NCBI RefSeq assembly: GCF_039541115.1
Contig: NZ_BAABFP010000007.1
Coordinates: 496,001 to 560,000 of the forward strand
DNA length: 64,000 bases
Reading direction: 5' to 3'
Origin: Angustibacter luteus
GTDB lineage: Bacteria > Actinomycetota > Actinomycetes > Actinomycetales > Angustibacteraceae
Shown here: piece by piece, positions 21,504 to 32,775 of the stretch
Layout: each line of letters begins with the position of its first letter
Position numbering within the stretch: the stretch's first letter is position 1
The notes under the pieces: generated by a model
What the model was told of the DNA's origin: nothing
Databases searched by the model: none
Seen by the model: the letters and a program-made list of their open reading frames with translations, nothing else
Position numbers and translations under genes: made by a program

Positions 21504-22166
21504 ATGGCTCTGATCGAGGCGGTCTGCGTCGTCCACGAGGTGCACCCCGACGAGGGCGGCGACGTCGGCGAGACGGCCATCGACAAGCGGCCCGTCACGG
21601 GCAAGGTCGCCGTGCGCCGCCTGGGTCTGCACGGGGACAAGCAGCTGGACGTCGAGCACCACGGCGGGCCGGACCAAGCGGTCTACGCCTTCGCCGGCGA
21701 GGACGCGTCCTGGTGGGCGGGCGAGCTGGACCGCGACGTCGAGCCGGGCCTGTTCGGCGAGAACCTGCGCACCACCGGCCTGGACCTGAGCGCCGCCGTG
21801 ATCGGCGAGCGGTGGCGGATCGGCGCGGACGAGGACGGCGTCGTGCTGGAGGTGACCTCGCCGCGGGTGCCGTGCGCGACCTTCCAGCGCTGGATGAACG
21901 AACCGCACTGGGTCAAGCGGTTCACCGAGCACGGGACGCCGGGCTCGTACCTGCGGGTCCTGCGCGAGGGCAGCATCGCGGCGGGCGACCGCATCGCGAT
22001 CGAGCACCGCCCCGCCCACGGAGTCACGATCGCCGACTGCTTCCCGCGGGTGGGGGCGGTGGCGGCGCAGCGACTGCTCGACGCCCAGGCGGCCGGCGAG
22101 GTCGCCCTGCAGCCCGAGCTGCGCCGGTCCTGCGAGCAGGCGGTGGCCCGGGCCGCCTCGGCCTGA
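21504..22166 (+). CDS. MOSC domain protein (YiiM-like)
   Basis: TAIDKRPV, HHGGPDQAVY, FGENL, PRVPCATF. Confidence 0.9.
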   Translation: MALIEAVCVVHEVHPDEGGDVGETAIDKRPVTGKVAVRRLGLHGDKQLDVEHHGGPDQAVYAFAGEDASWWAGELDRDVEPGLFGENLRTTGLDLSAAVIGERWRIGADEDGVVLEVTSPRVPCATFQRWMNEPHWVKRFTEHGTPGSYLRVLREGSIAAGDRIAIEHRPAHGVTIADCFPRVGAVAAQRLLDAQAAGEVALQPELRRSCEQAVARAASA

Positions 22167-22180
22167 GGGACCATGGGCGG

Positions 22181-23398
22181 GTGCCCAGTGCCCTGCCCGA
22201 CGGTGACGCCGCGCCCGCGGACGGTGCGCTGCCGTCGTCCGCGCTCGACTCCCTCGGGAACACTGCCTTCGGCGTCTACCTGCACGTGCCGTTCTGCGCA
22301 GTGCGCTGCGGGTACTGCGACTTCAACACCTACACGGCCACCGAGCTGGGCGGCGGGGCCAGCCAGGCGACCTTCGCCCGGACGGCGTTGAGCGAGCTCG
22401 CGCTCGCCCGTCGGGTCCTCGGGGAGGACGCCCCGCCCGCCGCGACCGTGTTCGTCGGCGGTGGCACACCGACCCTGCTGGACCCGACCGACCTCGGCCT
22501 GCTCGTCGAGGGCGTGCGCGCCACCTTCGGCCTGGCCGACGGCGCCGAGGTCACAACGGAGGCGAACCCCGACTCGGTCACTGCGGAGTCGCTGAAGGTG
22601 TTGCGAGACAGCGGTTTCACCCGGATCAGCTTCGGCATGCAGTCGGCCGTTCCGCACGTCCTGGCCACGCTGGACCGCACGCACGACCCGGAGCGGGTGC
22701 CGCGGGTCGTGCAGTGGGCCCGGGCGGCCGGGCTCGACGTCAGCCTCGACCTGATCTACGGCACGCCGGGGGAGTCGCTGGGCGACTGGGAGGCCAGCCT
22801 GCGCGCCGCGCTGGCGTGCCAGCCAGACCACGTCTCGGCGTACGCGCTCGTGGTCGAGCAGGGCACCCGACTGGCCACCCGGGTGCGCCGCGGCGAGGTG
22901 ACCATGCCGGACGACGACGACGAGGCTGACAAGTACGAGCTCGCCGACGCGGTGCTCACCGGTGCTGGGCTCGGCTGGTACGAGGTCAGCAACTGGTCGA
23001 CGTCGCCCGCGACCCGCTGCCGGCACAACGTCGGGTACTGGGCCGGCGGTGACTGGTGGGGGGTCGGTCCGGGCGCGCACAGCCATGTCGGCGGCGTGCG
23101 CTGGTGGAACGTCAAGCACCCCAGCGCCTACGCCGATCGCCTCGCGGCCGGGGTCAGCCCGGCCGCCGCGCGCGAGGTGCTCGACGCCGACCAGCAGCAC
23201 GCCGAGCGGGTGCTGCTCGGCGTCCGGCTGCGCGAGGGTCTGGACCTGGCCGGGCTGGACGGGCCCGGCCGCCGGGCGGTCGCCGGGTTGGTGGCCGACG
23301 GGCTGTTGGACGGCACGGCCGCGATCGGCGGGCGCGCGGTGCTCACCCGCCGCGGCCGCCTGCTGGCGGACGCGGTGGTCCGCGCACTGCTGCCCTGA
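22181..23398 (+). CDS. hemW: Radical SAM heme chaperone HemW
   Basis: YLHVPFCAVRCGYCDF CxxxCxxC, GGGTPT, YEVSNW; lepA/hrcA context. Confidence 0.92.
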   Translation: MPSALPDGDAAPADGALPSSALDSLGNTAFGVYLHVPFCAVRCGYCDFNTYTATELGGGASQATFARTALSELALARRVLGEDAPPAATVFVGGGTPTLLDPTDLGLLVEGVRATFGLADGAEVTTEANPDSVTAESLKVLRDSGFTRISFGMQSAVPHVLATLDRTHDPERVPRVVQWARAAGLDVSLDLIYGTPGESLGDWEASLRAALACQPDHVSAYALVVEQGTRLATRVRRGEVTMPDDDDEADKYELADAVLTGAGLGWYEVSNWSTSPATRCRHNVGYWAGGDWWGVGPGAHSHVGGVRWWNVKHPSAYADRLAAGVSPAAAREVLDADQQHAERVLLGVRLREGLDLAGLDGPGRRAVAGLVADGLLDGTAAIGGRAVLTRRGRLLADAVVRALLP

Positions 23399-23416
23399 GC
23401 GGACGTGCCGGACGGG

Positions 23417-23917
23417 TCAGCGCACCATGTCCGGGGTCAGCGGGTAGTGGAACTCCTGCCCGCGGTTGGCCGCGACCGCTCCCATGATCTGCAGCACGAC
23501 CGAGCCGATCACGATGACCAGACCGACCGGGATGATGATGAGCAGCCCGATCCCCATCGTCACGATGGCGAGCGGGACCGCGAGCACCAGCGTCGCGAAG
23601 GTCACGATGAGCAGCATGATCTGGAAGTTCAGGGCGCCGGCGGCGTGCCGGCGCACGAACGGCGAACGCTCCTTGTACATCAGGAAGACCACCAGCGGCC
23701 CGAGGACCGGCAAGCCCACGACGCCGCCGAGCCACGGCGACAGGTGGGCCAGCATGCCCCAGGTCCGCTCGTCGGAGGGGTTGAGGGGCACGGGGTAACC
23801 GGGCGGGTACGGCATCTGGCCCTGGTACGGCGGCTGGCCCTGGTACGGCGGCTGGCCCTGGTACGGCGGCTGGCCCTGGTACGGCGGCTGGCCCTGGTAC
23901 GGCGGCTGCGTCATCAC
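23417..23917 (-). CDS. DUF4870 membrane protein with (QPPYQG)5 N-terminal repeat
   Basis: ERTWGMLAHL...ALNFQI...ANRGQEFHYP. Confidence 0.85.
   Translation of the reverse strand: MMTQPPYQGQPPYQGQPPYQGQPPYQGQPPYQGQMPYPPGYPVPLNPSDERTWGMLAHLSPWLGGVVGLPVLGPLVVFLMYKERSPFVRRHAAGALNFQIMLLIVTFATLVLAVPLAIVTMGIGLLIIIPVGLVIVIGSVVLQIMGAVAANRGQEFHYPLTPDMVR
23816..23908 (-). repeat. Perfect 18-bp tandem repeat, five copies
   Basis: CTGGCCCTGGTACGGCGG x5 on the + strand. Confidence 0.95.
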
Positions 23918-24327
23918 TTCACCAGGCGCAGCGTGAGCGGGTAGCGGTAGTGCTCACCGCGGTTGGCGGCGACCCCGCCGATGATGCAGAAGATGACGTT
24001 GGCGACCCACACCACGCCGGGCAGGAAGCTCAGCAGCCCCAAGGTGATCCCCGCCACGACACCGGCCGCGACGAGCGCGATGAGGACCGTCAGCTGGAAG
24101 TTCAGGGCCTCCTTGCCCTGGTCGTCGACCAGCTCGGAGCGCTCGCGGTAGATCAGCCAGACGATGAGCGGCGCCAGGAAGCTGATCGCCATCCCGCCGA
24201 GGTGGGCGAGCATCGCCCACAGCCGCGCGTCCGAGTCGTTCAGCGGAGCACCCGGTGCCGGCGCTGCGGGCGCGGCGGCCGGGGGAGGCGTCGGCTCGGG
24301 CCGCTGCTCGGGCGTCTGCTCGCTCAC
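23914..24327 (-). CDS. DUF4870 membrane protein
   Basis: RLWAMLAHL...KEALNFQLT...ANRGEHYRYP. Confidence 0.85.
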   Translation of the reverse strand: MSEQTPEQRPEPTPPPAAAPAAPAPGAPLNDSDARLWAMLAHLGGMAISFLAPLIVWLIYRERSELVDDQGKEALNFQLTVLIALVAAGVVAGITLGLLSFLPGVVWVANVIFCIIGGVAANRGEHYRYPLTLRLVK

Positions 24328-24388
24328 GTGCTCTCCTGAGGTGGTGTGCCGACTGGACTGGTCAGCGTAGGGGGTGCGGGCCGTGGCG

Positions 24389-25252
24389 TCATCGGTCCTG
24401 GGAATCCGCCGTGACGAAGTCGATGAGCTCCTCGACCCGGCCGAGCAGCGCGGGTTCGAGGTCGGTGTACGACGTGACCTCGGCGAGGATCCGCCGCCAG
24501 CCCTGAGCGACATCGGCCTGGTCCGCGTGCGGCCAGCCGAGGTGGGCCAGCACGCCACGCTTCCACTCGACGTCGCGCGGCACCGTGGGCCAGGCGGTGA
24601 GGCCGAGTCGCTGCGGGCGGACCGACTGCCAGACGTCCACGTAGGGGTGGCCGACCACCAGCAGCTGCCCGCGAAGGCCGGGCTGCTGGACGGCCTCGGC
24701 GACGAGCCGGGACTCCTTCGAGCCCGGGACGAGGTGGTCCACCAGCACGCCCAGGCGGCGTCCCGGCCCGGGGGAGAAGTCCTGCACCGCGGCGGCCAGG
24801 TCGTCGACGCCGTCCAGCATCTCGACGACGACCCCCTCGACCCGCAGGTCGTGCCCCCAGACCTTCTCCACGAGCTCGGCGTCGTGCTTGCCCTCCACCC
24901 AGATCCGCGACCCACGTGCCGTCCGCGCCCGGTGGTCGGCGACCGCCCGGGAGCCGCTCGCCGTCCGGGTCGGTGCCGGCGGGGCAGCTGGGGCGCGCGG
25001 GGCCACCAGCACGACGGGCGCGCCGTCCAGCAGGAACCCCGGTCCGAGCGGGAACCCTCGGGTGCGGCCTCGGCGGTCCTCCAGGTGCACGACGTGGACG
25101 CCGCCCGCCTTCTCGGTGCGCACGACCGCTCCGCACCAGCCGGTCTCGACGTCCTCGACGACCAGGCCGGTCTCGGCGCTGACCGGCGTGCTGCGGCCGC
25201 GCGGAGGCTTCTTCCAGTCCCCGGCCAGCACGTCGTCCCCGTAGCGGTCCAC
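24389..25252 (-). CDS. DUF3097 family protein
   Basis: RTASGS, RIWVEGKHDAELVEKVWGHDLR, GHPYVDVW; divergent from hrcA. Confidence 0.85.
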   Translation of the reverse strand: MDRYGDDVLAGDWKKPPRGRSTPVSAETGLVVEDVETGWCGAVVRTEKAGGVHVVHLEDRRGRTRGFPLGPGFLLDGAPVVLVAPRAPAAPPAPTRTASGSRAVADHRARTARGSRIWVEGKHDAELVEKVWGHDLRVEGVVVEMLDGVDDLAAAVQDFSPGPGRRLGVLVDHLVPGSKESRLVAEAVQQPGLRGQLLVVGHPYVDVWQSVRPQRLGLTAWPTVPRDVEWKRGVLAHLGWPHADQADVAQGWRRILAEVTSYTDLEPALLGRVEELIDFVTADSQDR

Positions 25253-25279
25253 GGCGGCGATGCTAGGCGAGGACGTAGA

Positions 25280-25306
25280 CTGGCACTCGCGCCCGTGGAG
25301 TGCCAG
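25280..25306 (+). promoter_or_regulatory. CIRCE element (HrcA operator)
   Basis: CTGGCACTC-N9-GAGTGCCAG perfect inverted repeat directly upstream of hrcA. Confidence 0.9.
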
Positions 25307-25338
25307 GTTGGGTGCCGGACGACGACGAGGAGGTGCCC

Positions 25339-26358
25339 GTGAGCGACGAGCGACGGCTCGCCGTGCTGCGCGCCATCGTCGAGGACTACGTGGAGACCCG
25401 CGAGCCGGTCGGTTCCAAGGCCCTCGTGGAACGCCACCGCCTCGGCGTGTCGAGCGCCACGATCCGCAACGACATGGCCGCCCTCGAGGACGAGGGCCTG
25501 ATCACCCAACCGCACACCAGTGCCGGCCGGGTGCCGACTGATGCCGGCTACCGGGTGTTCGTCGACCGGCTGTCCACCTTCAAGCCCATGTCGTTGCCCG
25601 AGAAGCAGGCGATCCACGGGTTCCTGGCCGGGGCGGTCGACCTGGACGACGTGGTGGACCGGACGGTCCGGCTGATGGCCTCGCTGACCCACCAGGTCGC
25701 CGTGATGCAGTACCCCTCGCTGACCCGGTCCACGGTCCGGCACATCGAGCTCATCCCGATCGCGCCGCAGCGCCTGCTCGTCGTCGTGATCGCCGGCACC
25801 GGCCGGGTCGAGCAGCGGGTGCTCGAGACGGAGTCGGTGCTGGACGACGCCGTGCTGGGTGAGATCCGGGCCCGGATCAACGCCGAGTCCGCCGGCCTGC
25901 TGCTCACCGACGCCGCGACCCGCCTGCAGGACCTGCCGGAGCAGCTCCCCGCCGAGGACCGCGACCTGGTCCGCTCCATCGTGCGCGCGCTGGACGACGC
26001 GCTCGTCGAGGAGCGCGAGGAGCGGGTGGTGCTGGCCGGCGCGAACAACCTGGCGCGGTTCGGCCAGGACTTCCCGGACAGCATCGGCCCCGTCCTCGAC
26101 GCGCTCGAGGAGCACGTCGTCCTGCTGCGGCTGCTCGGCGAGCTGTCGCACGACCCGAACGCGGTCGCCGTCCGGATCGGCAGCGAGCTCCAGCACGAGG
26201 GTCTGCACGGCACCTCGGTGGTGAGCAGCGGCTACGGCAGCGGCCAGGACGTCGTCGCCGCGCTGGGCGTGCTCGGACCGACGAGGATGGACTACCCGAC
26301 CACGATGGCCACCGTGCGCGCCGTCGCCCGCTACGTCTCCCGGGCCCTCGACGGGTAG
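25339..26358 (+). CDS. hrcA: Heat-inducible transcription repressor
   Basis: [33 protein letters not shown]. Confidence 0.97.
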   Translation: MSDERRLAVLRAIVEDYVETREPVGSKALVERHRLGVSSATIRNDMAALEDEGLITQPHTSAGRVPTDAGYRVFVDRLSTFKPMSLPEKQAIHGFLAGAVDLDDVVDRTVRLMASLTHQVAVMQYPSLTRSTVRHIELIPIAPQRLLVVVIAGTGRVEQRVLETESVLDDAVLGEIRARINAESAGLLLTDAATRLQDLPEQLPAEDRDLVRSIVRALDDALVEEREERVVLAGANNLARFGQDFPDSIGPVLDALEEHVVLLRLLGELSHDPNAVAVRIGSELQHEGLHGTSVVSSGYGSGQDVVAALGVLGPTRMDYPTTMATVRAVARYVSRALDG

Positions 26359-26419
26359 GCCGCCCCGCCGTCCGGCAGCCGCAGACCACGCCATCCCGAC
26401 CGTGTGAAGAGAAGGACCC

Positions 26420-27547
26420 TTGAGCGACCACTACGAGACCTTGGGCGTCGCCCGTGACGCCACGCCCGAGGAGATCAAGAAGGCGTACCGCAAGCTCGCC
26501 CGTCAGCTGCACCCCGACGTGAACCCGACGCCCGAGGCCGAGGACCGGTTCAAGTCCGTCAGCGCCGCGTACGACGTGCTCAGCGACCCCGCGAAGCGGG
26601 CTGGCTACGACCGCGGTGGCGACGCCTTCGGGGCGGGGGCGGCCGGTGGGTTCGGCCAGGGCTTCTCGTTCACCGACATCATGGACGCGTTCTTCGGCGG
26701 CCAGGGCGGGCCCGAGCGGGGCCCGAGATCGCGCCAACGCCGGGGTCAGGACGCGCTGATCCGGGTGCAGATCGACCTGCGGGACGCCGTGTTCGGCACC
26801 GAGAAGGAGGTCTCCGTCGACACCGCGGTGGGCTGCCCGACCTGCCACGGTGACGGCGCTCAGCCCGGCACCGGGACCCGCACCTGCGACGTGTGCGGTG
26901 GACGCGGCCAGGTCCAGCAGGTCCAGCGCTCGTTCATGGGCAACGTGATGACCTCCCGGCCCTGCGCGACCTGCCAGGGCTTCGGCACGGTCATCGCGAA
27001 CCCGTGCATCCAGTGCTCCGGCGAGGGACGGGTGCGCTCGCGCCGCTCGCTGACCATCCGGATCCCGGCCGGTGTCGACACCGGCACCCGGATCCAGCTC
27101 GCCGGCGAGGGCGAGGTGGGCGCCGGCAACGGCCCCGCCGGTGACCTGTACGTCGAGATCGTGGTCGCGGCGCACCCGACGTTCGTGCGCCGCGGGGACG
27201 ACCTGCACGCGACCGTGTCGCTGCCGATGACCGCGGCCGCGATGGGAACGAGCATCACGCTGGACACGCTGGACGGCGACCAGACCCTGGACGTCGCCGC
27301 CGGGACCCAGTCCGGTCAGGTGACCACGCTGCGCGGGCTCGGGGTGACCCGGTTGCGGGGCCTGGGCCGGGGTGACCTCGTCGTGCACATCGAGGTGAGC
27401 ACGCCCAAGAACCTGGACGACGAGCAGCGGGCGCTGCTCACCCAGCTGGCGAGGCTGCGCGGCGAGGAGCGGCCCGAGGGGCGGCTGGCGAGCCACGGCA
27501 GCGGGCTGTTCGGCCGGCTCAAGGACGCCCTGCAGGGCGGGCGTTGA
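26420..27547 (+). CDS. dnaJ: Chaperone DnaJ (dnaJ2 type)
   Basis: HPD motif, G/F-rich region, four CxxCxGxG repeats. Confidence 0.97.
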   Translation: MSDHYETLGVARDATPEEIKKAYRKLARQLHPDVNPTPEAEDRFKSVSAAYDVLSDPAKRAGYDRGGDAFGAGAAGGFGQGFSFTDIMDAFFGGQGGPERGPRSRQRRGQDALIRVQIDLRDAVFGTEKEVSVDTAVGCPTCHGDGAQPGTGTRTCDVCGGRGQVQQVQRSFMGNVMTSRPCATCQGFGTVIANPCIQCSGEGRVRSRRSLTIRIPAGVDTGTRIQLAGEGEVGAGNGPAGDLYVEIVVAAHPTFVRRGDDLHATVSLPMTAAAMGTSITLDTLDGDQTLDVAAGTQSGQVTTLRGLGVTRLRGLGRGDLVVHIEVSTPKNLDDEQRALLTQLARLRGEERPEGRLASHGSGLFGRLKDALQGGR

Positions 27548-28287
27548 CGGCGCCGCTGTTCCTGGTGGAGCCGGACGCCCTGGAGGGCATCCGGCCAGGC
27601 GGCTCCGTCCTGCTCGACGGCCCGGAGGGGCGCCATGCCGCGACGGTGCGGCGGATCACCGTCGGCGAGCTCGTCGACGTCGCCGACGGGTCGGGGGTCC
27701 TGGCCCGCTGCACCGTGCTGGCCGTCGGGCGCGACGAGGTCACCCTGCGGGTCGATGCCCGCGACGAGGTGCCCGAGCCGGCCCCGCGCTTCGTCCTGGT
27801 CCAGGCCCTGGCCAAGGGCGAGCGGGACGACCTGGCGATCGAGGCCGCCACCGAGCTGGGCGTCGACGAGGTGGTGCCCTGGCAGGCCGAGCGCAGCGTC
27901 GTGGTCTGGCGCGGCGAGCGTGGGGTGCGGTCGCGGCGCAAGTGGGAGCAGACGGTACGGGCCGCGGCGAAGCAGTCCCGCAGGGCCCGGGTCCCGGTGG
28001 TCGGCGAACTGGTCGACCGGACTGCGCTGGTGCGTCGGGTGCAGGTGTCGACGCTCGCCGTGGTGCTGCACGAGGACGCCACCGCACCGCTGGCCTCGGT
28101 GGACGTGCCTCTGGCCGGCGAGGTGCTGCTGGTGGTCGGTCCCGAGGGGGGCATCAGTCCGGCCGAGGTCGATGCCATGGTGCTTGCGGGGGCGACCACC
28201 TGCCGGATCGGGCGTGAGGTGCTGCGTTCGTCGACCGCTGGGCCGGCCGCGCTGTCCGTGCTGAGCTCGGTTCTCCGCTGGCGCTGA
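27544..28287 (+). CDS. rsmE: 16S rRNA m3U1498 methyltransferase
   Basis: [22 protein letters not shown]; follows dnaJ. Confidence 0.95.
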   Translation: MTAPLFLVEPDALEGIRPGGSVLLDGPEGRHAATVRRITVGELVDVADGSGVLARCTVLAVGRDEVTLRVDARDEVPEPAPRFVLVQALAKGERDDLAIEAATELGVDEVVPWQAERSVVVWRGERGVRSRRKWEQTVRAAAKQSRRARVPVVGELVDRTALVRRVQVSTLAVVLHEDATAPLASVDVPLAGEVLLVVGPEGGISPAEVDAMVLAGATTCRIGREVLRSSTAGPAALSVLSSVLRWR

Positions 28288-28402
28288 GCGATTCGTCGGG
28301 ATTGCCGTTGTCGGCGGTGGTTGATAGGCATGCTCCTGCTGCACCCGCCGCACCGACGATGTCGCGGCGGTCCTTGCCCACGACGACGTCCGGGGGGACG
28401 CC

Positions 28403-29722
28403 ATGGCCACCGAAGGCCTGCTCGGTGACGCCGGTCCACAGGTCGAGCCCGACGCCGATCAGGACGAGGACGCCCGACGGCCGTTGAGCGTGGACGCGGC
28501 GCACGCGTACGTGGCCGCCGGAGCCCTGCGGGCGGGCTCACCGGGGCCGGTCGGGCTCGAGCTCGAGGCGCACGTCGTCGACCTGGCTGAGCCGTCCCGG
28601 CGACCGTCCTGGGCTCACCTGCACGCGGCGCTGGACTCGGTGCCGCGCCTGCCGGGCGGCAGCGTGGTCACCCTGGAGCCGGGCGGGCAGGTGGAGCTGT
28701 CGGGCCCGCCCGGGGCGGGCGTCGGCGAGGCGGTCGCGGGGGTGGCCGTGGACCACGCGGCGCTGCGCCGGCACCTGGCCACCCACGGCTTGGGGCTGGC
28801 GCTGGTCGGCGCCGACCCGCTCCGGGAGGCCGCCCGGGTCAACCCGGGCCAGCGGTACGACGCGATGGAGCAGCACTGGCGGGCGACCGGGCAGGCGTCG
28901 GCCGGCCTGTCGATGATGTGCTCGACGGCGTCCCTGCAGGTCAACCTCGAGGCCGGGCCGACCCACGAGTGGGCGCGGCGGACCGAGCTCGTGCACCTGC
29001 TCGGTCCGGTGCTTGTCGCGGTCTCTGCCTGCTCACCGTGGTTGTCCGGCCGGGCCACCGGCTGGCGCTCGACCCGCCAGCGCGTGTGGGGTGACCTGGA
29101 CGTGCTCCGGTGCGGGCCGTTGCGCGGCGGCCCAGATCCGGCCGCTGAGTGGGCCGACTACGCGCTCGACGCACCGGTGATGCTGGTCCGCTCCGGTGAC
29201 CGGGTGGACCCGGTCCGAACCCGGATCCCGTTGCGCGAGTGGCTGAGCGGCGCCGTCCGGCTGGGCGACCGCCTGCCCGAGCGCAGTGACGTCGACCTGC
29301 ACCTGACGACGCTGTTCCCCCCGGCCCGTCTGCGCGGCTTCATCGAGGTGCGGTACCTGGACGCCGTTCCCCGGCGCTGGTGGGGCGCCCTCGCCGCCAC
29401 CCTGGTGACCCTGATGGACGTCCCGCAGGCGGCGGACCTGGCCGCGGCGGCGGCCGAGCCCGTCGGTCGGGAGTGGACGGCGGCCGCCCGAGACGGGCTC
29501 ACGCACCCCGGACTGGCTGTGGCCGCCCGGGCCTGCCTGGCAGCGGCGGCCGCGCACGCGCCGGCGGCACTGGCGGACCAGGTGGGCGAGCTGGCCGACC
29601 TCGTCGCCACCGGGCGCTCGCCCGGCGACGACGTCGCCGACACCGCGGCCCGGTTCGGGCCCGAGGCAGCGCTGCTGGCGGCCTGCCCGCCGGCGTACGA
29701 GGGGGAGGACGCCGATGCGTGA
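28403..29722 (+). CDS. egtA: Ergothioneine biosynthesis glutamate-cysteine ligase
   Basis: [46 protein letters not shown]. Confidence 0.9.
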   Translation: MATEGLLGDAGPQVEPDADQDEDARRPLSVDAAHAYVAAGALRAGSPGPVGLELEAHVVDLAEPSRRPSWAHLHAALDSVPRLPGGSVVTLEPGGQVELSGPPGAGVGEAVAGVAVDHAALRRHLATHGLGLALVGADPLREAARVNPGQRYDAMEQHWRATGQASAGLSMMCSTASLQVNLEAGPTHEWARRTELVHLLGPVLVAVSACSPWLSGRATGWRSTRQRVWGDLDVLRCGPLRGGPDPAAEWADYALDAPVMLVRSGDRVDPVRTRIPLREWLSGAVRLGDRLPERSDVDLHLTTLFPPARLRGFIEVRYLDAVPRRWWGALAATLVTLMDVPQAADLAAAAAEPVGREWTAAARDGLTHPGLAVAARACLAAAAAHAPAALADQVGELADLVATGRSPGDDVADTAARFGPEAALLAACPPAYEGEDADA

Positions 29723-31031
29723 GCTGGTGGCCCGCGACCTCGAGACGGCCCGACTCCGCACGCTCAGCCTCACCGAGCTGGACGAGCCCGAGCTCCTGAG
29801 GCAGCACGACCCGCTGATGAGTCCGCTGGTCTGGGACCTCGCGCACATCGGCCAGCAGGAGGAGCTCTGGCTGCTCCGCGGCGGCGACGCCCGGGTCGCG
29901 GGCCTGCTGCGACCGGACGTCGACCAGCTGTATGACGCGTTCAAGCACCGTCGTGCCGACCGCCCCCTGCTGCCCTTGCTGCCCCCCGTGCAGGCGCGCT
30001 CCTTCTGCCTCGAGGTGCGCGGCCGGGTGCTCGATGCCCTGGACGCAGCGGACGACGAGCAGCTGTTCACCTTCGGGATGGTCGTCCAGCACGAGCAGCA
30101 GCACGACGAGACCATGCTCGCGACGCTCCAGCTGCGTCAGGGCGCGCCCCTGCTGGGAGCCGGCGACCCGCTGCCGGTGGGCCGCGGCGCGCGGCTGACC
30201 GCGGATGACGGTCGGTCCGGGAACGACGTCCGGTCCCGGGCCGGTGCGGTCGACTCCTGCCTGGTGCCAGCCGGCGAGTTCGTGCTGGGCGTGGAAGCCG
30301 CGGACGAGCCGTTCTCGCTGGACAACGAGCGGCCCGCACACGTCGTCGACGTCCCGGCCTTCCGGATCGCCCGGTTCCCCGTGACGAACGGGCAGTGGAA
30401 GGCCTTCGTCGCGGACGGCGGCTACGACCAGCCGCGATGGTGGTCCGCGCGCGGGTGGCAGCACCGGGTGCAGTCGGGACTGCACGCGCCGATGAGCTGG
30501 CGCCCCGACGGCAGCAGGGTGCGCTTCGGCGTGGTCGAGGACGTGCCGGACGACGAGCCCGTGCAGCACGTCTCCTGGTTCGAGGCCGAGGCGTTCGCCG
30601 GCTGGGCGGGCGCCCGGCTGCCCACCGAGGTGGAGTGGGAGAAGGCGTGTGCGTGGGACCCGGCGGCCGGACGCCGGCGCCGCTGGCCCTGGGGGGCCGA
30701 CGACGTGACGCCGAGCCGAGCCAACCTCGGCGGGTCGGCGCTGCGCCCGGCTCCCGTCGGCGCGTACCCGTCCGGCGCCTCGGCGTACGGCGTCGAGCAG
30801 CTCGTCGGCGACGTGTGGGAGTGGACGTCCTCGCGGTTCGAGCCGTGGCCCGGCTTCGCCCCGATGGTGTACGACACCTACAGCGCGCCGTTCTTCGGCG
30901 GCGACTTCCGGGTGCTCCGCGGTGGCTCCTGGGCGGTGGCGCCGAGCACCGTGCGGCCGTCGTTCCGCAACTGGGACCTGCCGATCCGCCGGCAGATCTT
31001 CACCGGGCTGCGCCTGGCCTGGGACGCCTGA
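29715..31031 (+). CDS. egtB: Ergothioneine sulfoxide synthase
   Basis: [19 protein letters not shown] metal ligands, FGE-like [20 protein letters not shown]. Confidence 0.95.
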   Translation: MRELVARDLETARLRTLSLTELDEPELLRQHDPLMSPLVWDLAHIGQQEELWLLRGGDARVAGLLRPDVDQLYDAFKHRRADRPLLPLLPPVQARSFCLEVRGRVLDALDAADDEQLFTFGMVVQHEQQHDETMLATLQLRQGAPLLGAGDPLPVGRGARLTADDGRSGNDVRSRAGAVDSCLVPAGEFVLGVEAADEPFSLDNERPAHVVDVPAFRIARFPVTNGQWKAFVADGGYDQPRWWSARGWQHRVQSGLHAPMSWRPDGSRVRFGVVEDVPDDEPVQHVSWFEAEAFAGWAGARLPTEVEWEKACAWDPAAGRRRRWPWGADDVTPSRANLGGSALRPAPVGAYPSGASAYGVEQLVGDVWEWTSSRFEPWPGFAPMVYDTYSAPFFGGDFRVLRGGSWAVAPSTVRPSFRNWDLPIRRQIFTGLRLAWDA

Positions 31032-31727
31032 GTGTGCCGGCACCTGGGCTGGCTCGGCCGGCCCCGCACGCTGCACGACCTGGTGCTCGCGTCGCCGCAC
31101 GCCCTGCTCGTGCAGTCGTACGCGCCGCGCCGGCAGCGGCACGGCCTGATGAACGCCGACGGCTGGGGCGTGGGCTTCGAGCGGCCGGACGGCGAGCCGG
31201 CTCGCTGGCGGTCGACCCGGCCCCTGTGGCAGGACGGGTCCTTCGCCTCGGTGGCGCCGGCCATCAGCTCCCCGCTGGTGGTCGCGGCCGTCCGCTCGGC
31301 CACCGCCGGCATGCCGATCGAGGAGTCCGCGACCGCACCGTTCCTGCACGACGGGTGGCTGTGCTCGCACAACGGCCGGGTGGACCGGTCCGTGCTGCCG
31401 CGCCGACCCGACGCCGAGTCGGTCTGCGACGCCGCACTGCTCTGCGCGCACGTCGTGGCCGAGGGGGTGGACCACGTCGCCGACACGGTGCGTGCGGTCG
31501 GCGCCGCGGACCCGGACGCACGCCTCAACCTGCTGCTCGGCCGACCCGGCCGGCTGGTGGCGGTGACCTGGGGCGACACCCTCAGCCGTATCACCACCGA
31601 CGAGGGCACCCTCCTGTCCAGCGAGCCGCTGGACGACGACCCCCGCTGGATCGACGTGCCGGACCGGCACGTCGTCGAGGTGAGCCCGGACGGGACCACC
31701 GTGACCCCACTGGAGAACCCAGCATGA
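31032..31727 (+). CDS. egtC: Ergothioneine biosynthesis amidohydrolase
   Basis: N-terminal [20 protein letters not shown]. Confidence 0.93.
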   Translation: MCRHLGWLGRPRTLHDLVLASPHALLVQSYAPRRQRHGLMNADGWGVGFERPDGEPARWRSTRPLWQDGSFASVAPAISSPLVVAAVRSATAGMPIEESATAPFLHDGWLCSHNGRVDRSVLPRRPDAESVCDAALLCAHVVAEGVDHVADTVRAVGAADPDARLNLLLGRPGRLVAVTWGDTLSRITTDEGTLLSSEPLDDDPRWIDVPDRHVVEVSPDGTTVTPLENPA

Positions 31728-32692
31728 CGATCACGCTGACCAGCCACCTCGCCGGGACGGACCGCGCCCAGGCCCTGGCGGACGACGTCCGCGCCGGGTT
31801 GTCGGCGACCCCGAAGTCGTTGCCGCCCAAGTGGTTCTACGACGAGCGCGGCAGCCAGCTGTTCGACGAGATCACCCGGCTGCCCGAGTACTACCCGACG
31901 AACGCCGAGCGTGCGGTGCTGCAGGAGCGGGCCGACGAGATCGTCCGGCTGTCCGGGGCGGACACGCTGGTCGAGATCGGCAGCGGAACGTCCGAGAAGA
32001 CCCGTCTGCTGCTGGACGCGTTCGCGGCGTCCGGCCGGCTGCGCCGGTTCGTGCCCTTCGACGTCGACCCCGTGGTGCTCCGGCAGGCGGGCGCCGCCGT
32101 GGCGGACGAGTACCCCGGCACCGAGGTGCTGGCGGTGGCGGGCGACTTCGAGCGGCACCTGGACCGGCTGCCGGTGACCGGCCGGCGGCTGGTGGCGTTC
32201 CTCGGGTCCACCATCGGCAACTTGGAGCCAGCCCCCCGCGCCCGGTTCCTGGCCACGATCGGGGCCGGCCTGCGCCGCGGCGACGCCTTCCTGCTCGGCA
32301 CCGACCTGGTCAAGGACGCCGATCGCCTGGTGGCCGCCTACGACGACGACAGCGGGGTGACGGCCGCCTTCAACAAGAACGTGCTGGCCGTGGTGAACAC
32401 CGAGCTGGACGCCGACTTCGACCTTGACGCCTTCGAGCACGTCGCGCGCTGGGACGAGCACGAGGAGTGGATCGAGATGCACCTGCGCTCCACCCGCCGG
32501 CAGACCGTCACCGTCGGTGCGCTCGACCTGCGCGTCGACTTCGCGGCTGGCGAGCTGATGCGCACCGAGGTCTCGGCCAAGTTCCGCGAGTCCGGCGTCC
32601 GCCGCGAGCTCGCCGCGGCCGGGCTGGCCCCCCTGGTGTGGTGGACGGACCCGCGGGGCGACTTCGGGGTCAGCCTCAGCACGCCTCGCTGA
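31724..32692 (+). CDS. egtD: L-histidine N-alpha-methyltransferase
   Basis: [40 protein letters not shown]. Confidence 0.95.
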   Translation: MTITLTSHLAGTDRAQALADDVRAGLSATPKSLPPKWFYDERGSQLFDEITRLPEYYPTNAERAVLQERADEIVRLSGADTLVEIGSGTSEKTRLLLDAFAASGRLRRFVPFDVDPVVLRQAGAAVADEYPGTEVLAVAGDFERHLDRLPVTGRRLVAFLGSTIGNLEPAPRARFLATIGAGLRRGDAFLLGTDLVKDADRLVAAYDDDSGVTAAFNKNVLAVVNTELDADFDLDAFEHVARWDEHEEWIEMHLRSTRRQTVTVGALDLRVDFAAGELMRTEVSAKFRESGVRRELAAAGLAPLVWWTDPRGDFGVSLSTPR

Positions 32693-32775
32693 GCCTGGAC
32701 GACGGCACTGTACCCGTCGGCACTGATGTGCGCCGGACGATGACCGACGCGCCTGCGAGCCGGCGCCGCCGGGGC

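Noticed and set aside
28298..28325. SigR/SigH promoter for the egt operon (GGATT...GTTG)
   Set aside because: The -35 deviates from consensus and the spacing is 16 rather than 18 nt.
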